From: Eledone cirrhosa
Lineage: Eukaryota
Length of the DNA: 64,000 bases
Reading direction: 5' to 3'
Assembly: GCA_964016885.1 (NCBI GenBank)
Contig: OZ024745.1
Coordinates: forward strand, 60,512,001 to 60,576,000
The translations under genes were made by a program, and so were the position numbers. This document shows, in pieces, positions 1 to 12,080 of the stretch. The notes below the pieces were generated by a model. That model worked only from the letters and a program-made list of their open reading frames with translations, had not been told where the DNA came from and searched no databases. Every line of letters starts with the position of its first letter. The stretch's first letter is position 1.

Positions 1-2580
1 TCCACCACCTGAGTGAGTCTCTTGGTCAGTGTCCAAGTCTCAGACCCATACAGCAGCACAGACTCCACTACAGCAATGAAGAGGCGGATTTTCAGGTCTC
101 TACGAAGGTCCGACTTCCACACCGATCTCAAGCTGTGACACGCCGCCCAGGCCTTGCTCTTCCTCTCAACCACATCATCTTCCGTATTCCCAATCTTTGC
201 TCCCAAATACAGGAAGTCCTCAACCAATTCCAGCGGCTTCCCGCCTACATTAGTGATCCCCTCTGGGTTCTCAACATTCTCTACCAGATATTTTGTTTTA
301 GTCTCATTCATTCTCAGCCCACACTCATCGACACAGTCTCAATCTCCCGCATCAAATCCTCTGCCTCCTTCACTGTATTTGTCACCAAAACTATGTCGTC
401 GGCAAATTCAGCATCCGATACCTTTTTCGCCCCAACTCTCCTGCTCTGAGCCGGTGCTACAGTAAAGCCAGAGTCCTGGTGTTTCTCCAGTGCAAGGCGC
501 ATACAATAGTCCACTACGATGATAAAAAGGTAGGGAGCCAATGTATCTCCCTGGAGCACTCCAGCCAGTATCTCAAAGAACTCTGTCATCCCATCAGGTG
601 TAATGACTTGGGCTTTGGTGTTGGTGTAGAGCAGTGATATCAGGTCCACTATCCTCTTGGGGATTCCATAAGCCTGTAAGATCTTCATCAGGCAGTAACG
701 GTCCACAGAATCAAAGGCCTTCCTAAAGTCAATGAAAACCATGACCGCAGGAAAGCACTTTGCTCTAGCTCCCTCTAATATCCTCCTCAGTATCAGGATG
801 TGACTGGTGGTTGATCTACCCTCTCTGAAGCCGTTCTGGTTGTCCCTGAGCTTCTTCTCCATCTCAGGCTGGATCCTGTTAAGAATCATCCTGTTGAGGG
901 TCTTTGCCACAAGTGACGTCAGTGAGATCCCCCGGTAGTTGTTGGTGTTAGAGAGATCTCCCTTCTTTGGCACTGGGACGATGTTACTGATCCTCCACTG
1001 ATTCGGGGCAACTCCTTTCTCCAGCGCCCCGTTACAGAACCCCAGGATGATATCATCAAAATCACACCTCTTCATCACCTCTGATGCCACTCCATCCTCT
1101 CCATGAGCCTTGCCCTCCTTGATCTTCTTCTTGGCTCTCTGAAGCTCCTCTCTGGTGAAGGGCTCTGTCTCAACATCCAGTTCCTCAAACAGCCGCCTGA
1201 TCTCCCCAGTGCTCTGGGCTGTGGAGGGTGGCTCTCCTAGTAGGGTCCTAAAATGGTCTAGCCATTTCCTCTTCCTATCCTCGGGCCCCGTTCCCTGGAC
1301 CTGACTCGAACACCTTTTCTTCCTCCCTGTGATCTCGTTGATGATCATCCAGCTCTCCTTACATCCAGATCTGTCAACCGCTCTCTCCACACTTCTCATC
1401 TTCTCTATCAGTGCCTCCTCTCTGACCTCAGTGTAAGCGGTACAGAGCTCTTCCCTCATCACCTCCACAGTCTCCATCCTCTCCTCCGTAGGATCAGCAT
1501 AGAATTGGTCCCTGGCAGCTTTCAGGTGTTCTCTGGCTGCACACACTTTTGGGTTTGCAGAGCTGACGTGCTTCCCTTTGTTCTTTTTCCTCGGCACCAG
1601 GGTTTCACTTGCTTTCGCCACTGCATTGGTGAAGTTCCCGTACCTCCTCGTCACACTCTCCTCAGTCCATCCAATCTCTCTCTCCTCTGACTCTCCACAC
1701 AGAGCACTAAACCTGTTTCTCACTTCCACTGTGAACCTCTCCTGTAGCTTATCATCTTCCTTGAAAGCTCCCCAGTCATAGATTGTTCTCCGGGGCTGAG
1801 CCTTACTCTTTCTTAAGCTCACGCGGACCTCACTCATAACAAGCCGGTGGTCACTACCCAGTGTACTGAAATAGCTGTATGGTTCCGTTTTCAGAACACT
1901 ATTCCGCCACTTTTTCCTCACCAGAATGAAATCAATCTGGGACTTGGACAGGTGCACATCTGAGATGTAGGTCCACATCTTCCCCAGATTCTTCCTAAAC
2001 TTTAGGTTAGTCGCCATCAAGTTCGCCTCCAGCAGGGTGTCTCTCAGTAGTCTTCCATTTCGGTTGGTGTTGTTATGGAAGTACCAGCAAGGATCTTCTC
2101 TGCCCTCCTTACTCAGATGTGCATTGAAGTCCCCCAAAACAAGCAGGATATTGTGTGCCTGGGCGGTGTTGACAGCTCTACACACCTCCTCATGGAACTC
2201 CTCCGCATTCACATCCCTGTCCCCCTCGGTTGGACTATAGGCTGAGATGACTGTCAGTCTTGAGTTTCCATTGAAGGTCACCCTCAACACTCGCGGGGAG
2301 ATAGGCATTATTTCCCTCACCAACAGATTGGTTTTTGCACTGAACACAAAACCCACTCCTCCTACTGCAGCATTTGTTGTGTTCTTCACTGCCGATGTAG
2401 TGATTAGCTGGCTCTTCCTCCCGATCATCACACTCCTCACGGGCTCATCGTGTAGAATCCTGTGTTCTTGGATCGCAAGTATCTGTATACCACTCTCCTC
2501 GAACAGATGTCCCAACTCCTCTCTCTTCTCCAGCGTTCGAATAGTCCTCACATTCAAAGTGCCCATTTTGATGGCTCTTC
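1..2580 (-). mobile_element. RTE-clade non-LTR retrotransposon (APE endonuclease + RT), 3' part runs off the window start
   Basis: ORF 314-2566 has APE motifs (GTLNVRT, LAIQEH, GDFNAH, QIDFIL, SDH) and RT motifs (NYRGISL, QNGFR, FIDFRKAFDSV, GVLQGDTLAP, FADD). A 1-bp frameshift near 317 is followed by RT-like sequence (LRMNETKTKYL) toward position 1. Confidence 0.93.
314..2566 (-). CDS. APE-RT polyprotein of RTE LINE (frameshifted at C-terminus)
   Basis: 750-aa ORF with endonuclease and RT motifs. Confidence 0.88.
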   Translation of the reverse strand: MGTLNVRTIRTLEKREELGHLFEESGIQILAIQEHRILHDEPVRSVMIGRKSQLITTSAVKNTTNAAVGGVGFVFSAKTNLLVREIMPISPRVLRVTFNGNSRLTVISAYSPTEGDRDVNAEEFHEEVCRAVNTAQAHNILLVLGDFNAHLSKEGREDPCWYFHNNTNRNGRLLRDTLLEANLMATNLKFRKNLGKMWTYISDVHLSKSQIDFILVRKKWRNSVLKTEPYSYFSTLGSDHRLVMSEVRVSLRKSKAQPRRTIYDWGAFKEDDKLQERFTVEVRNRFSALCGESEEREIGWTEESVTRRYGNFTNAVAKASETLVPRKKNKGKHVSSANPKVCAAREHLKAARDQFYADPTEERMETVEVMREELCTAYTEVREEALIEKMRSVERAVDRSGCKESWMIINEITGRKKRCSSQVQGTGPEDRKRKWLDHFRTLLGEPPSTAQSTGEIRRLFEELDVETEPFTREELQRAKKKIKEGKAHGEDGVASEVMKRCDFDDIILGFCNGALEKGVAPNQWRISNIVPVPKKGDLSNTNNYRGISLTSLVAKTLNRMILNRIQPEMEKKLRDNQNGFREGRSTTSHILILRRILEGARAKCFPAVMVFIDFRKAFDSVDRYCLMKILQAYGIPKRIVDLISLLYTNTKAQVITPDGMTEFFEILAGVLQGDTLAPYLFIIVVDYCMRLALEKHQDSGFTVAPAQSRRVGAKKVSDAEFADDIVLVTNTVKEAEDLMREIETVSMSVG

Positions 2581-2905
2581 TGCATATATATTATATATAT
2601 ATATATATATTAATATATATATATATATTAATGTATATATATATATTAATGTATATATATATGTATATATATATATTAATGTATATATATATATTGTTAT
2701 ACTTGGGGAGGGTCATATTTGTGTAATATTGCCAGAATTAATAACAGAACACACTCACTGTTTGGTTGGTTTTCGCTTTTCGCTTCTGTGTCTTTTATAT
2801 CGGTAATCTAATTTATTCGGTCCTCGATGTTGCCATTGACTGACCAACGGTCAAAAATAATACAGATACAATATAGACACAAACACATATATATATGCAG
2901 CTACC

Positions 2906-2948
<43 letters not shown>

Positions 2949-3003
2949 TAGTATATATATATATATATATATATATTAATCTATATATATATATATATTA
3001 ATG

Positions 3004-3057
<54 letters not shown>

Positions 3058-3085
3058 TCTATATATATATATATATTAATGTATA
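2581..3085. repeat. (TA)n microsatellite with TATTAATG variant units
   Basis: Direct reading; the same variant recurs at 4210-4305, 7251-7750 and 33745-36660. Confidence 0.95.
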
Positions 3086-3391
3086 TCATCATCATCATCA
3101 TCATTTCATTTTACGTCCACTTTTCCCTGCTTTCAAGGGTGGGACGGGAACTGATTCTGGCTTGATTTCTACAGCTGGATGCCCTTCCTAACACCAACCT
3201 CATTTACAGTGAGTGCTGGGTGCTTTTTTGCCGGGGCACCTCCACGACCTCATTTCTACAGCTGAGTAAACTGGAGCAATGTGAAATAAAGTGCCTTGCT
3301 CAAGGAAACAACACATCACCCAGTCTGAGAATTGAACTCACAACCTTTCGATTGCAAGGCCAATGCTCTAACCACTAAGCCATGTGCCTCC
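3086..3391 (-). mobile_element. tRNA-derived SINE with CORE-like domain and RTE-derived tail
   Basis: Minus strand GGAGGCACATGGCTTAGTGGTTAGAGC (box A), GAGTTCAATTC (box B), TCCTTGAGCAAGGCACTT core, ending GGACGTAAAATG(ATG)n. Copies at 13148, 43130 and 62988. Confidence 0.88.
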
Positions 3392-3398
3392 ATCTTCT

Positions 3399-3587
3399 AA
3401 GATGGGCCAAATCCTGGATATACTGCAATACCAGGCCAACCCGTGGCAAAGGCGGAGCAAGCCCCTAACTCTTCGCCAAGTTCTAAAAATCAGTTTAATA
3501 TCGATGGTCCCATATAGGGACCAAATCAGATATTAAGCTGATAAGAACAGATACTACACTTTGATCTTAGCCAAAAGGCCGAGAAGC
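3399..3587 (-). pseudogene. RNU2: U2 snRNA, near full length, first 3 nt missing (probable pseudogene)
   Basis: Minus strand GCTTCTCGGCCTTTTGGCTAAGATCAAAGTGTAGTATCTGTTCTTATCAGCTTAATATCTGAT, Sm-like ATTTTTAG, and stem-loop IV CCTGGTATTGCAGTATATCCAGG. Upstream is transposase sequence rather than a snRNA promoter. Confidence 0.93.
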
Positions 3588-4210
3588 CTAGTCATGCAGA
3601 CTAAATTTCCCCAAACTGACATGGTTTTCGGATGTGTGTCCTCCGAGGGTGATGTGATGCCTCCGCATTTTTTCAAACAGGGTCTCAGGTTGAATTCAGA
3701 TGCCTACGTGGAATTGCTAACCACTGTAGTTAAGCCCTGGATAACAAGGGTAGCCAATAATAGGCCGTATGTATGGCAGCAGGATTCGGCCCCCTGCCAC
3801 ACCTCGGAGAAAAGTCAAAAATGGTTGTCAGCCAATTTTTACGACTACACCAGTCCCAATGTTTGGCCTCCGAACTCCCCTGATCTTAACCCGATGGACT
3901 ATTATGTATGGGGCGCTGTAGAGAAAGACACCAATCGCCGTGCCAGTACTGCAAAAGCCCAGTTAATCGACAGAATTAAAGTAGTTTTTGAGGGCCTTCC
4001 CAGGGAAAGTGTAAAATCAGCTTGCTCCAGGTTCCGGGCCTGGATTGAGGCTATAATAGACGCTAATGGCGGTTATTTTGAGTAAAACTCTTTGACAATA
4101 GTGTAATTTCCTTGTCCATTGAATTTCTTTTAAATCAAATAAATTTTGTAGAAACCAAGCACTTTTTCTTTTTCCTGATGAAACTGTCAAATTTATCGCG
4201 AACACCCTGT
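3588..4210 (+). mobile_element. Tc1/mariner DD37D (maT-type) transposon, 3' half with right TIR
   Basis: WQQDSAPCH...WPPNSPDLNPMDY with 37 residues between the two catalytic D; ends ...GAACACCCTG|TA. Confidence 0.88.
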
Positions 4211-4294
4211 ATATATATATATTAATGTATATATATATATATATTAATGTATATATATATATATATATATTAATGTATATATATACATATATTA

Positions 4295-5725
4295 ATGTAT
4301 ATATATACAGAATTACATAAAAAATATAGAAAAACGAATGAAGTAACTCTTAAGCACATCAATGATGAGGCATGCGAAATAGTGAAAAATCTCGGAATCG
4401 AAGTTAGGACAGGACCACTCTTACCGGCGGTACCCACCTTCAATCTTAAGGACCATAAGGTAAACTTTGATAATGACCCTAAAATTAGATTAATCTGCCC
4501 CTCTAAATCAGATATAGGTAAAATAAGCAAATATATCTTAGATAGAATCATCCCCCAAATTAAGGCTAAGGTTAACATTAAACTCTGGGGGAAGACCCAA
4601 GAAGCAATAAGATGGTTTAATAGCATTACCAATAAGAATAAATCTAAGTTTATCCAGTTTGATATCGATGAATATTACTCATCGATATCACCTGAAACTT
4701 TGAATAGAGCCATTAAGTTTGCTAAGGATAACTCTGACCTTACAAACGATGAAATTAAGATTATATTAGAAGCTAGGAAAACTATAGTCAAATTTGAGAA
4801 CAGTTATTGGGTACGTAAAGATAGACCCTCTAATTTTGACATAACAATGGGCTCTAACGATTCGGCGGAAATAACTGATATTGTGGGGTTATTTATCGCC
4901 TTTAGACTCCAGGAAAAATTCAGCAATCTCCACGGCGGAATATACCGCGACGATGTTCTCCTCCTAGTTAAAAACCTAAATAACCAAAAACTAGAAAAAC
5001 TACGCAAAGATATAAGAAAACTACTACTCGAAATAGGACTAACTATAACATATGAATACAACCTTAAAGCAGTTAACTTCCTGGATGTCACACTCAATTT
5101 AAACTCTGGTCTGATTAAACCGTTTCATAAATTGAATGAAAATCTCAAATACGTAAATGTTGGGTCTAACCACCCCATCTCTATAATTAAATCTATCCCT
5201 AAAAATATTTCCCTTAGAATCTCGGGTCTATCTTCTAACATACAAGTATTTAAGGAACACGCCGAGTACTACGATAACGCCCTTAGTAAAGCAGGCTACC
5301 TCAACAAAATAGAGTATATAGATGGGAACAATCAAAACACCCAAAATAAATCCCACATAGGTAGATATAATAACACAACACCAAACCACACTTACTACCA
5401 TAGTATGCACACCAGTAAACCAACAAACAAAACTAATAGAAAGCGATGCAAAGAGTACTTATGGTATAACCCCGAATACAATAGTTCCATTAGTACAAAT
5501 TTACCAGTACTCTTCTTTAAAATAATTAAGAGACATTTTCCTACATCACACAAATACCACAAAATCCTAAACCCTACCACTATAAGACTGTCATACTCTA
5601 CAGCGTTAAACCTTGAACAACACATAAAAAAGATCAATACTAGAAGGTTAAACGAAAACACTAAAAACTTAAGTACAAAGAACACAAAAAAAAACAGTAG
5701 ACAATACACTACAGAACATAAATAA
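4295..5725 (+). CDS. Penelope-like reverse transcriptase (partial)
   Basis: 476-aa ORF with YRDD; the first few residues come from the TA repeat. Confidence 0.85.
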   Translation: MYIYTELHKKYRKTNEVTLKHINDEACEIVKNLGIEVRTGPLLPAVPTFNLKDHKVNFDNDPKIRLICPSKSDIGKISKYILDRIIPQIKAKVNIKLWGKTQEAIRWFNSITNKNKSKFIQFDIDEYYSSISPETLNRAIKFAKDNSDLTNDEIKIILEARKTIVKFENSYWVRKDRPSNFDITMGSNDSAEITDIVGLFIAFRLQEKFSNLHGGIYRDDVLLLVKNLNNQKLEKLRKDIRKLLLEIGLTITYEYNLKAVNFLDVTLNLNSGLIKPFHKLNENLKYVNVGSNHPISIIKSIPKNISLRISGLSSNIQVFKEHAEYYDNALSKAGYLNKIEYIDGNNQNTQNKSHIGRYNNTTPNHTYYHSMHTSKPTNKTNRKRCKEYLWYNPEYNSSISTNLPVLFFKIIKRHFPTSHKYHKILNPTTIRLSYSTALNLEQHIKKINTRRLNENTKNLSTKNTKKNSRQYTTEHK

Positions 5726-6212
5726 ACCACACCTAAGTTCATCCACAATACTACTCCAGAGAAAACCCAACGTACACAACTGTAACTGCACCTATCCTGA
5801 CAACTGCCCCCTCGGCAATAACTGCCTGGAAAAAAATATTATTTATAAGTGTACCATTAAATCCGGAGGCAACGAGTGGTATTACGTGGGATCAACGGCA
5901 ACATCGTTTAAATCTCGATTATATAGGCATTCTTACTCAATAAAACACCAGAGCCAAAGAAATGTAACAACTTTAGCAGAAAAAGCTTGGACGCTCAGGG
6001 ATAGCGATCAAAAGTTTACCCTAAAATGGGAGAAATTAGCTAAAACCCAAAGCTTTTCCAGGAGCCAAAATTTCTGCAAATTGTGTAATCTTGAGATTTA
6101 TTACATAATCACACACAAGAAGAAATTGCTGAATAACAGAATTGAACGAACATTATTCTGCCGTCACCGAACTAAAACCCTTTTTTCCCACTACAAGCCG
6201 AATATTACATAA
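5700..6212 (+). CDS. Zn-linker + GIY-YIG endonuclease of the PLE (after frameshift)
   Basis: The frame of ORF 5886 is open back to the A-run near 5690: CNCTYPDNCPLGNNCLEKNIIYKC...YYVGSTATSFKSR...CKLCNLE...CRH. Confidence 0.83.
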   Translation, partial: DNTLQNINKPHLSSSTILLQRKPNVHNCNCTYPDNCPLGNNCLEKNIIYKCTIKSGGNEWYYVGSTATSFKSRLYRHSYSIKHQSQRNVTTLAEKAWTLRDSDQKFTLKWEKLAKTQSFSRSQNFCKLCNLEIYYIITHKKKLLNNRIERTLFCRHRTKTLFSHYKPNIT

Positions 6213-6504
6213 AAGAGGGACATCCCCCAACTATATAAACCTCAATCTAGTTAGAAAAATATAAAAACAATCTCAACATATATATATGTATATTAATAAC
6301 CTTAAATTAACACACTAATAATGGAAAGATATGCTGATGAGAATAGGTGCAAATATGCGATAATGAATGTGTCTAAAAGCGACCATAAGTATGTATATAT
6401 ATGTGAAAATATATATAAATAAGTAAATATATATATATGTTTGATGTGTATAGTTAGATGTAAGTGTATTCATGTATTAAAGTGCTTATATATATATGTA
6501 TATG

Positions 6505-6568
<64 letters not shown>

Positions 6569-7094
6569 CACATAGACTAGAGTATGTATGTATATATGTG
6601 TGTGTCTATACGTGTGTATATAAGGATAAGTTGAGTATGAAAATGTATACACATGAACGCGTATGTATGTACATGAATACATGTGTGTATATATATATGT
6701 ATGCATGTGTATATGTATGTCAGTATGAACATGTTACTATGTGAATGTGAGTATATGTATTTTGTAGAGGTGTGCAAATATGTTTGTGTGTGAATGCGTG
6801 GGCGAAAGGATACGTACACTTGAAAGAAAAATTTAAGTCTGAATGTTAATTAAGTGCAAACACAAAACCAACCACGCGAATCTTTACTATCTCTAATCCT
6901 TCTATAGATTTAGAAAAAATAACCAATAATATATTCTATAAAAATGTCAAAACAACAGATGGGAATCTAATTACTCACTGCCACCAAAAATTCTCACTGC
7001 TATCAAAAAACCACTCCCTCAACTATTCTACTAACAACTTCACCCCTCCCTCCTAATATTCTCTATAAAAACCAAACAGGTCCTCAGTAATATC

Positions 7095-7211
7095 ATTCTG
7101 ATGAAATGACAGTAGATAATAACATTGAAATATTGAATGTCTGCATAACTAATACTTTGTAGATAGCAGCTGTTTTCAGGTTATGTAACTGTTATAGAAA
7201 CACGTGTCAAT
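7095..7211 (+). ncRNA. Type I hammerhead ribozyme with long stem II
   Basis: ATT-CTGATGA-A-ATGACAGT...ACTGTTAT-A-GAA-ACACGTGT-C-AAT; palindromic stem III. Confidence 0.7.
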
Positions 7212-7250
7212 AAATTCCTTTCAACTAAACTGTATCCATTCAAATCTTTC

Positions 7251-7365
7251 TATATTAATGTATATATATACATATATTAATGTATATATATATATATATT
7301 AATGTATATATATATATATATTAATGTATATATATATATATATATTAATGTATATATATATATTA

Positions 7366-7444
<79 letters not shown>

Positions 7445-7487
7445 TGTATATATATATATATATATTAATGTATATATATATATATTA

Positions 7488-7542
<55 letters not shown>

Positions 7543-7605
7543 TGTATATATATATATATATATTAATGTATATATATATATATTAATGTATATATATATA
7601 TATTA

Positions 7606-7654
<49 letters not shown>

Positions 7655-7660
7655 TTAATG

Positions 7661-7703
<43 letters not shown>

Positions 7704-7750
7704 TAATGTATATATATATATATATATTAATGTATATATATATATATATT
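7251..7750. repeat. (TA)n/TATTAATG satellite
   Basis: Direct reading. Confidence 0.95.
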
Positions 7751-8078
7751 TATTTATTTATATACACACATATATATGAATCTTGGGTAATGAGCAAAAG
7801 AATACGATCACAAATACAAGCAGCCAAAATGGGTTTCCTCGGCAGGGTCTTTGGAGTAAGGTTACCCCATCAAGTGCATGACTCAGAGATCAGAGAGTCC
7901 CTCCGGGTAGAGCCGCTACTTCTCTGATACTATTGCTGGTACTCATTTTCAGCTGAGTATACTGGAGAAACGTGAAATGAAGTGTTTTGCTCAAGAACAT
8001 AACATGTACTCCAGGAATTGCACCCATGATGTTGTGATCGTAAGTCCAACACCCTTACCACTAGGCACATGCCTCCAC

Positions 8079-8119
<41 letters not shown>

Positions 8120-9397
8120 TGTATGTCTAGGAGTATACACTTTCACATGTTCCAATCGATGGGCTGAGGCCCTTCAGGGGCTCCACCATTGTTGCTACAC
8201 CTATAGTCATCCTTCCTTAATTTGCCATTGATGCATGCGGAGGGAGCCGGGTACACACTGTCACTCATTTGTGTTTCTTGTAGTTCAGTAAGCTCAGAAG
8301 GGAAATTAAACAGCAAAATGTTGAGATGCTTCAGGAAAACATCAATGTTCTCCCCATGTAAATCTATCAGATTTTTGGCAGCATATTATAGAGCTGGGGC
8401 CTATGAACCCTAAGTTATTGCAGTATCTAGTCCTTACAGGTGTCACTCCTGCAGATGGCTATCTTTATCCCGATAGAAGATATTAACAGTTTTTGTTACT
8501 TAGGTGATATAAGCTGCAACAAAGGAGGATACTCTGAAAGTGTTGGACCAAATAGAAACAGGCTTCTTATTCAGAGTGAAGAGTGGATTACATGTGAACC
8601 ACAATGCTACATGGCAGTAAGACATGGGCCTTGAGTGCTGTAAGAATGAAGAGAGTACGCTCCAGTAAAAGTGTAATATTAGTGTGTATGTATGGCATAA
8701 CATAAGCAAGTTGAGAGAAAGATTCTGTATAAGATAAATTCAATGCAGTGTGCTAGAGAAAAGACTAAGACAATATGGACATGTGACTTATATGGAAGAT
8801 GTCATCTGTATAAAGAAATGCAGAGAAATCTCAGTGAATCGGGCTCATGGAAGAGGTAAATTAGGAAGACATAGTTTGAATAATAATTCTTATGATAAAG
8901 GATCATGAGAATTGGTGACATGAGGTACTGGAGAAGACTCAACTATAAGTATAAAAACGAGACTGACCCACATCCCCTAACTCTTGCTCTTAAGAAACAA
9001 CTCCCACTTTACGCACAAACACTTCTGCTACTCCCTCTCCAATCAAACTCAATCACATCCATAACATACTTTATTCACCTCTTCTCTCCCTCACATCACT
9101 TAACCCCCAATAACATCAAATCTGTCACTATTTCTTGTCACCTAAGACACACCTATCCCCTATCCTATTCCAAGTCTACAGCACAAAGTAGAGAGAGCAC
9201 TTCAGTTAAGTATATAACTGACAACTTCCCTAGTGCTCGAGACATGATAAAATACATCCAGCACACTTTGTAAAGTGGTTTGTTTAAGAAAGGGCTTCTA
9301 ACCATTGAAATCATGCCAAAGAGAATTCAGAAGACCCTCTGGTCACAACACAGCAACTTCTTTAGAGAGGAAATGTAGGAGAGATCAGTAGCTCCGC

Positions 9398-9609
9398 TTA
9401 ACCCTTTAGCATTTACATTACTCTATATTTACTATTGTATTTTCACAGTAAAGGCTTTACCTCACATAATATCTAAGCTATGTGATTTTGATGTTATTTA
9501 TTTTGAGAACAAAACCTTAATATTGGTATGAGTGGCCAGTTATGGCTGGTTTGAACAGCCAGAGGTGGAAAAATTCTGGCTGGATATGGCCAGTTTGCTA
9601 AATGGTTAA
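9398..9609. mobile_element. piggyBac-like MITE
   Basis: TTAA-CCCTTTAGCA...TGCTAAATGG-TTAA; related copy at 22617-22805. Confidence 0.7.
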
Positions 9610-10805
9610 GTACTGATTGGATCTGTGTCAACCTATCCAACCCTTGGAAGACCTATATTGATCATAATGATGAACGTTAAACAAGCATTGGCTTAGTGAC
9701 TTAGTGACCTGTTGCATTACATTTCATCAACCACTCATATATCAAGTATACCTTCATTTATTATTATTGTTAATATTATACGTGCTGAGTTCAAATCTCG
9801 CTAAGGTTAGCTTTACCTTTCATCTTTACTGGGTCGACAAATAAAGTACCAGTAATGCACTGAGGTCGATATAATCGACTTTCCCCTCCACGAAATTGTT
9901 GGCCATGTGCCTAAATCAGAAATCATTATTATCATTAGTATGGTGTTCTATAGAAGGTTAGTGGTGGATAAAAGTGACAAGGTTCTTGGGGAAACTCTGG
10001 ATATTGATGAAAATCAACTAGTCCCACTTTTCCCAGAGGACTTTTGGTCCAGGGCCCATGGATAATTTCCAAAAATCTTTAGCTTGGCAGTGCTATCAAG
10101 GAGCTTTGCCAGTTCAAGATAAACTCTACAAGCATGGAAGTGCTGTCAGCTGAGCTTGCTGAGATGCATACAGGGCAACAAAACCATTCTGCAAGCACTT
10201 GTTCAGTATCTCAGCATTGCTGACCTGTGGGTTTATGTCGAACACCTGTTGTTATGTGTAGGATAAATTCAGCTATCAGGTGAATCTATTGTGAAGAATG
10301 CCTAGATGCCTTCTTTTAGCTAAGAAGGGTAGGATGTTTTTATCTGTCTGGTGACCATGGCGAAAAAGGTATGCTGGACATGTCTGAAAGGGTTAAAGAC
10401 AAGCTCTTTCCTCTTCAGCAAAGCCCTGATTAACTTTTTACATTTTAACTTGAAGAGGAAAACCAGGGTAGATAGGGAAGTGGTGCCTCTAACCAGTTTC
10501 ATGAAAGAGGTGAGCATGACACGAGTGAATATGCGCCTGTATATTGGAGGACAACAACTGTGATAGGGCACTCGCCCTAGAGATCAGGGCACATGTGGTT
10601 CTGTGTTTTATTTTTTCCATGAGCAGCCCTTGAACGTCTCCTCCCAATTGATGAATTTCCATTAACATTTTTAATGTTACGTTTCTTTTATTATTGTTAA
10701 ACCTGTTTACAAGCAAAACCTACACACTGATTTTATCCTCTGTCGTTTTAATGTTTTTTCTTAATGTAAACCCTTTGTGGTGAATAAAGAAATCATTATT
10801 AATAA

Positions 10806-10990
10806 GGTGGATTGGCAGTATCGGTAGAGAGTGGGACGCCATGCTTTGACGCAAAGAGTTACGGCCCTTTTCATTCTGAGTTCAAATCCCGCCGAGGTTA
10901 ACTTTGCCTTTCATCCTTACGGGGTAGATAAAATAAAGTACCAGTAATGAACTGGGTAATTGCTGGCCTTGTGCCAAAAGTAGAAACAAT
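10806..10990 (+). mobile_element. SINE with Meta-like central domain
   Basis: GAGTTCAAATCC box B and TTTGCCTTTCATCCTTACGGGGTAGATAAAATAAAGTACCAG. Flanked by an ATTATTAATAA duplication and absent from the paralog near 41045. Confidence 0.8.
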
Positions 10991-12080
10991 TATTAATAAT
11001 AATTTAAACCTTGAATGAGTCTTTTATTCTTATGTGTTAACAATAAGCTCGTCATGGCAGAAGCTTTTAATTTGTCTGCATATTTTAATTGTTGATGTGG
11101 ACAAGTTTAAAGACTTACCCACATACGTTTGGCGTTAACCAACAGACAATCGACTCAACATTTGCAGTCAGTGTGATGTTTTCTCAGCACCTTCGATGAA
11201 CTAACAGGACTTATAGTTCTCGGCTGTTTTCCACTCATGATCGATAAACAAATCTGTGAACAATTCACATATATGTGTGAATATACATAAGTATGGATCA
11301 TAACTTTCTTATATATTAGCAAACAATTATTATAATGAAGTAGCGTTATCCGACTTAAACGATTGTTTTAAAAAAGAGCTACAGTGAACCAGAGCTAATC
11401 AGTGTATTACTGTAAATATACAAGCATTGTTGAAAGTGGTAAAGCTTTTAGCGACAGGAGGTCATAATATAATTCTCATTTCAAGTTGCGGAAAGCATGA
11501 ACGTCACAGCGTCATATTCCCTATTCTCTTTCGTTCCAAATCGAACGAAATCAATACTTGTAACTATTAATTACTATTCATTTAAACCTACAAATAGTTA
11601 TAGCGAATAAATCGAATATTTTTATCTATCGTGTTAAATTTTCTTTAAAATATTATTCTAGCCTAAACATTAGTCCTCTGTTACTTCATATTCTTGTATC
11701 AAATTACATATACTGCACTAAACACTGCATTTAACAGTAAATTTACGTGTATGATTTATACATATGCCTTCTGGAAATATAGCGACTATCAACAGTACAG
11801 AAGTCACCGGGAGTTATCTCCTCTTTGTCTGTAGAATTTTTTTTAAACGTATACATTTTTTTGTTTTTTTTTGTTTAGTAATAATATATTCTTTATTATT
11901 CACAGTTGAATAAATAACATTACATATTGTTTATAAGTCTTACAAAATAAAAATATAAACACATATAATATATAATTAGTGCTAGGAACCTTAGTAGCAT
12001 AATACCCACCCATCCTTAAAAAAAAAAGTCCTCAATCCACCGCCATGTGCGACAGTCGGCAATACACCACACCATAAGGG

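Larger units (their letters stand above)
4305..7250 (+). mobile_element. Penelope-like element (Naiad-type), 5'-truncated, in TA array
   Basis: RT (IGKISK, FDIDEYY, MGSNDSAEI, YRDD, NFLDVTL), CNC-x5-C-x5-C linker, GIY-YIG (IIYK...YVG), CKLC, and a hammerhead-bearing 3' end. Confidence 0.88.
7748..11845 (+). repeat. Segmental duplication block A, copy 1 (decayed RTE, SINE and MITE pieces)
   Basis: Collinear and highly similar to 37665-41900. Confidence 0.93.

Noticed and set aside
3561-3587. N-terminus of the 174-aa ORF as a real start
   Set aside because: The TTG start lies in antisense U2; the transposase is simply 5'-truncated.
10040-10700. Possible host-gene exon in the duplicated block
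   Set aside because: Multiple stops; looks like a decayed RTE C-terminus.
11119-11238. Minus-strand 40-codon ATG-to-GTAAGT segment with in-frame TGA in C-K-C-*-V-D-C (possible UxxC selenoprotein exon); paralog at 41172-41291
   Set aside because: All three differences I see between paralogs are non-synonymous, and there is no recognisable homology, downstream exon or SECIS.
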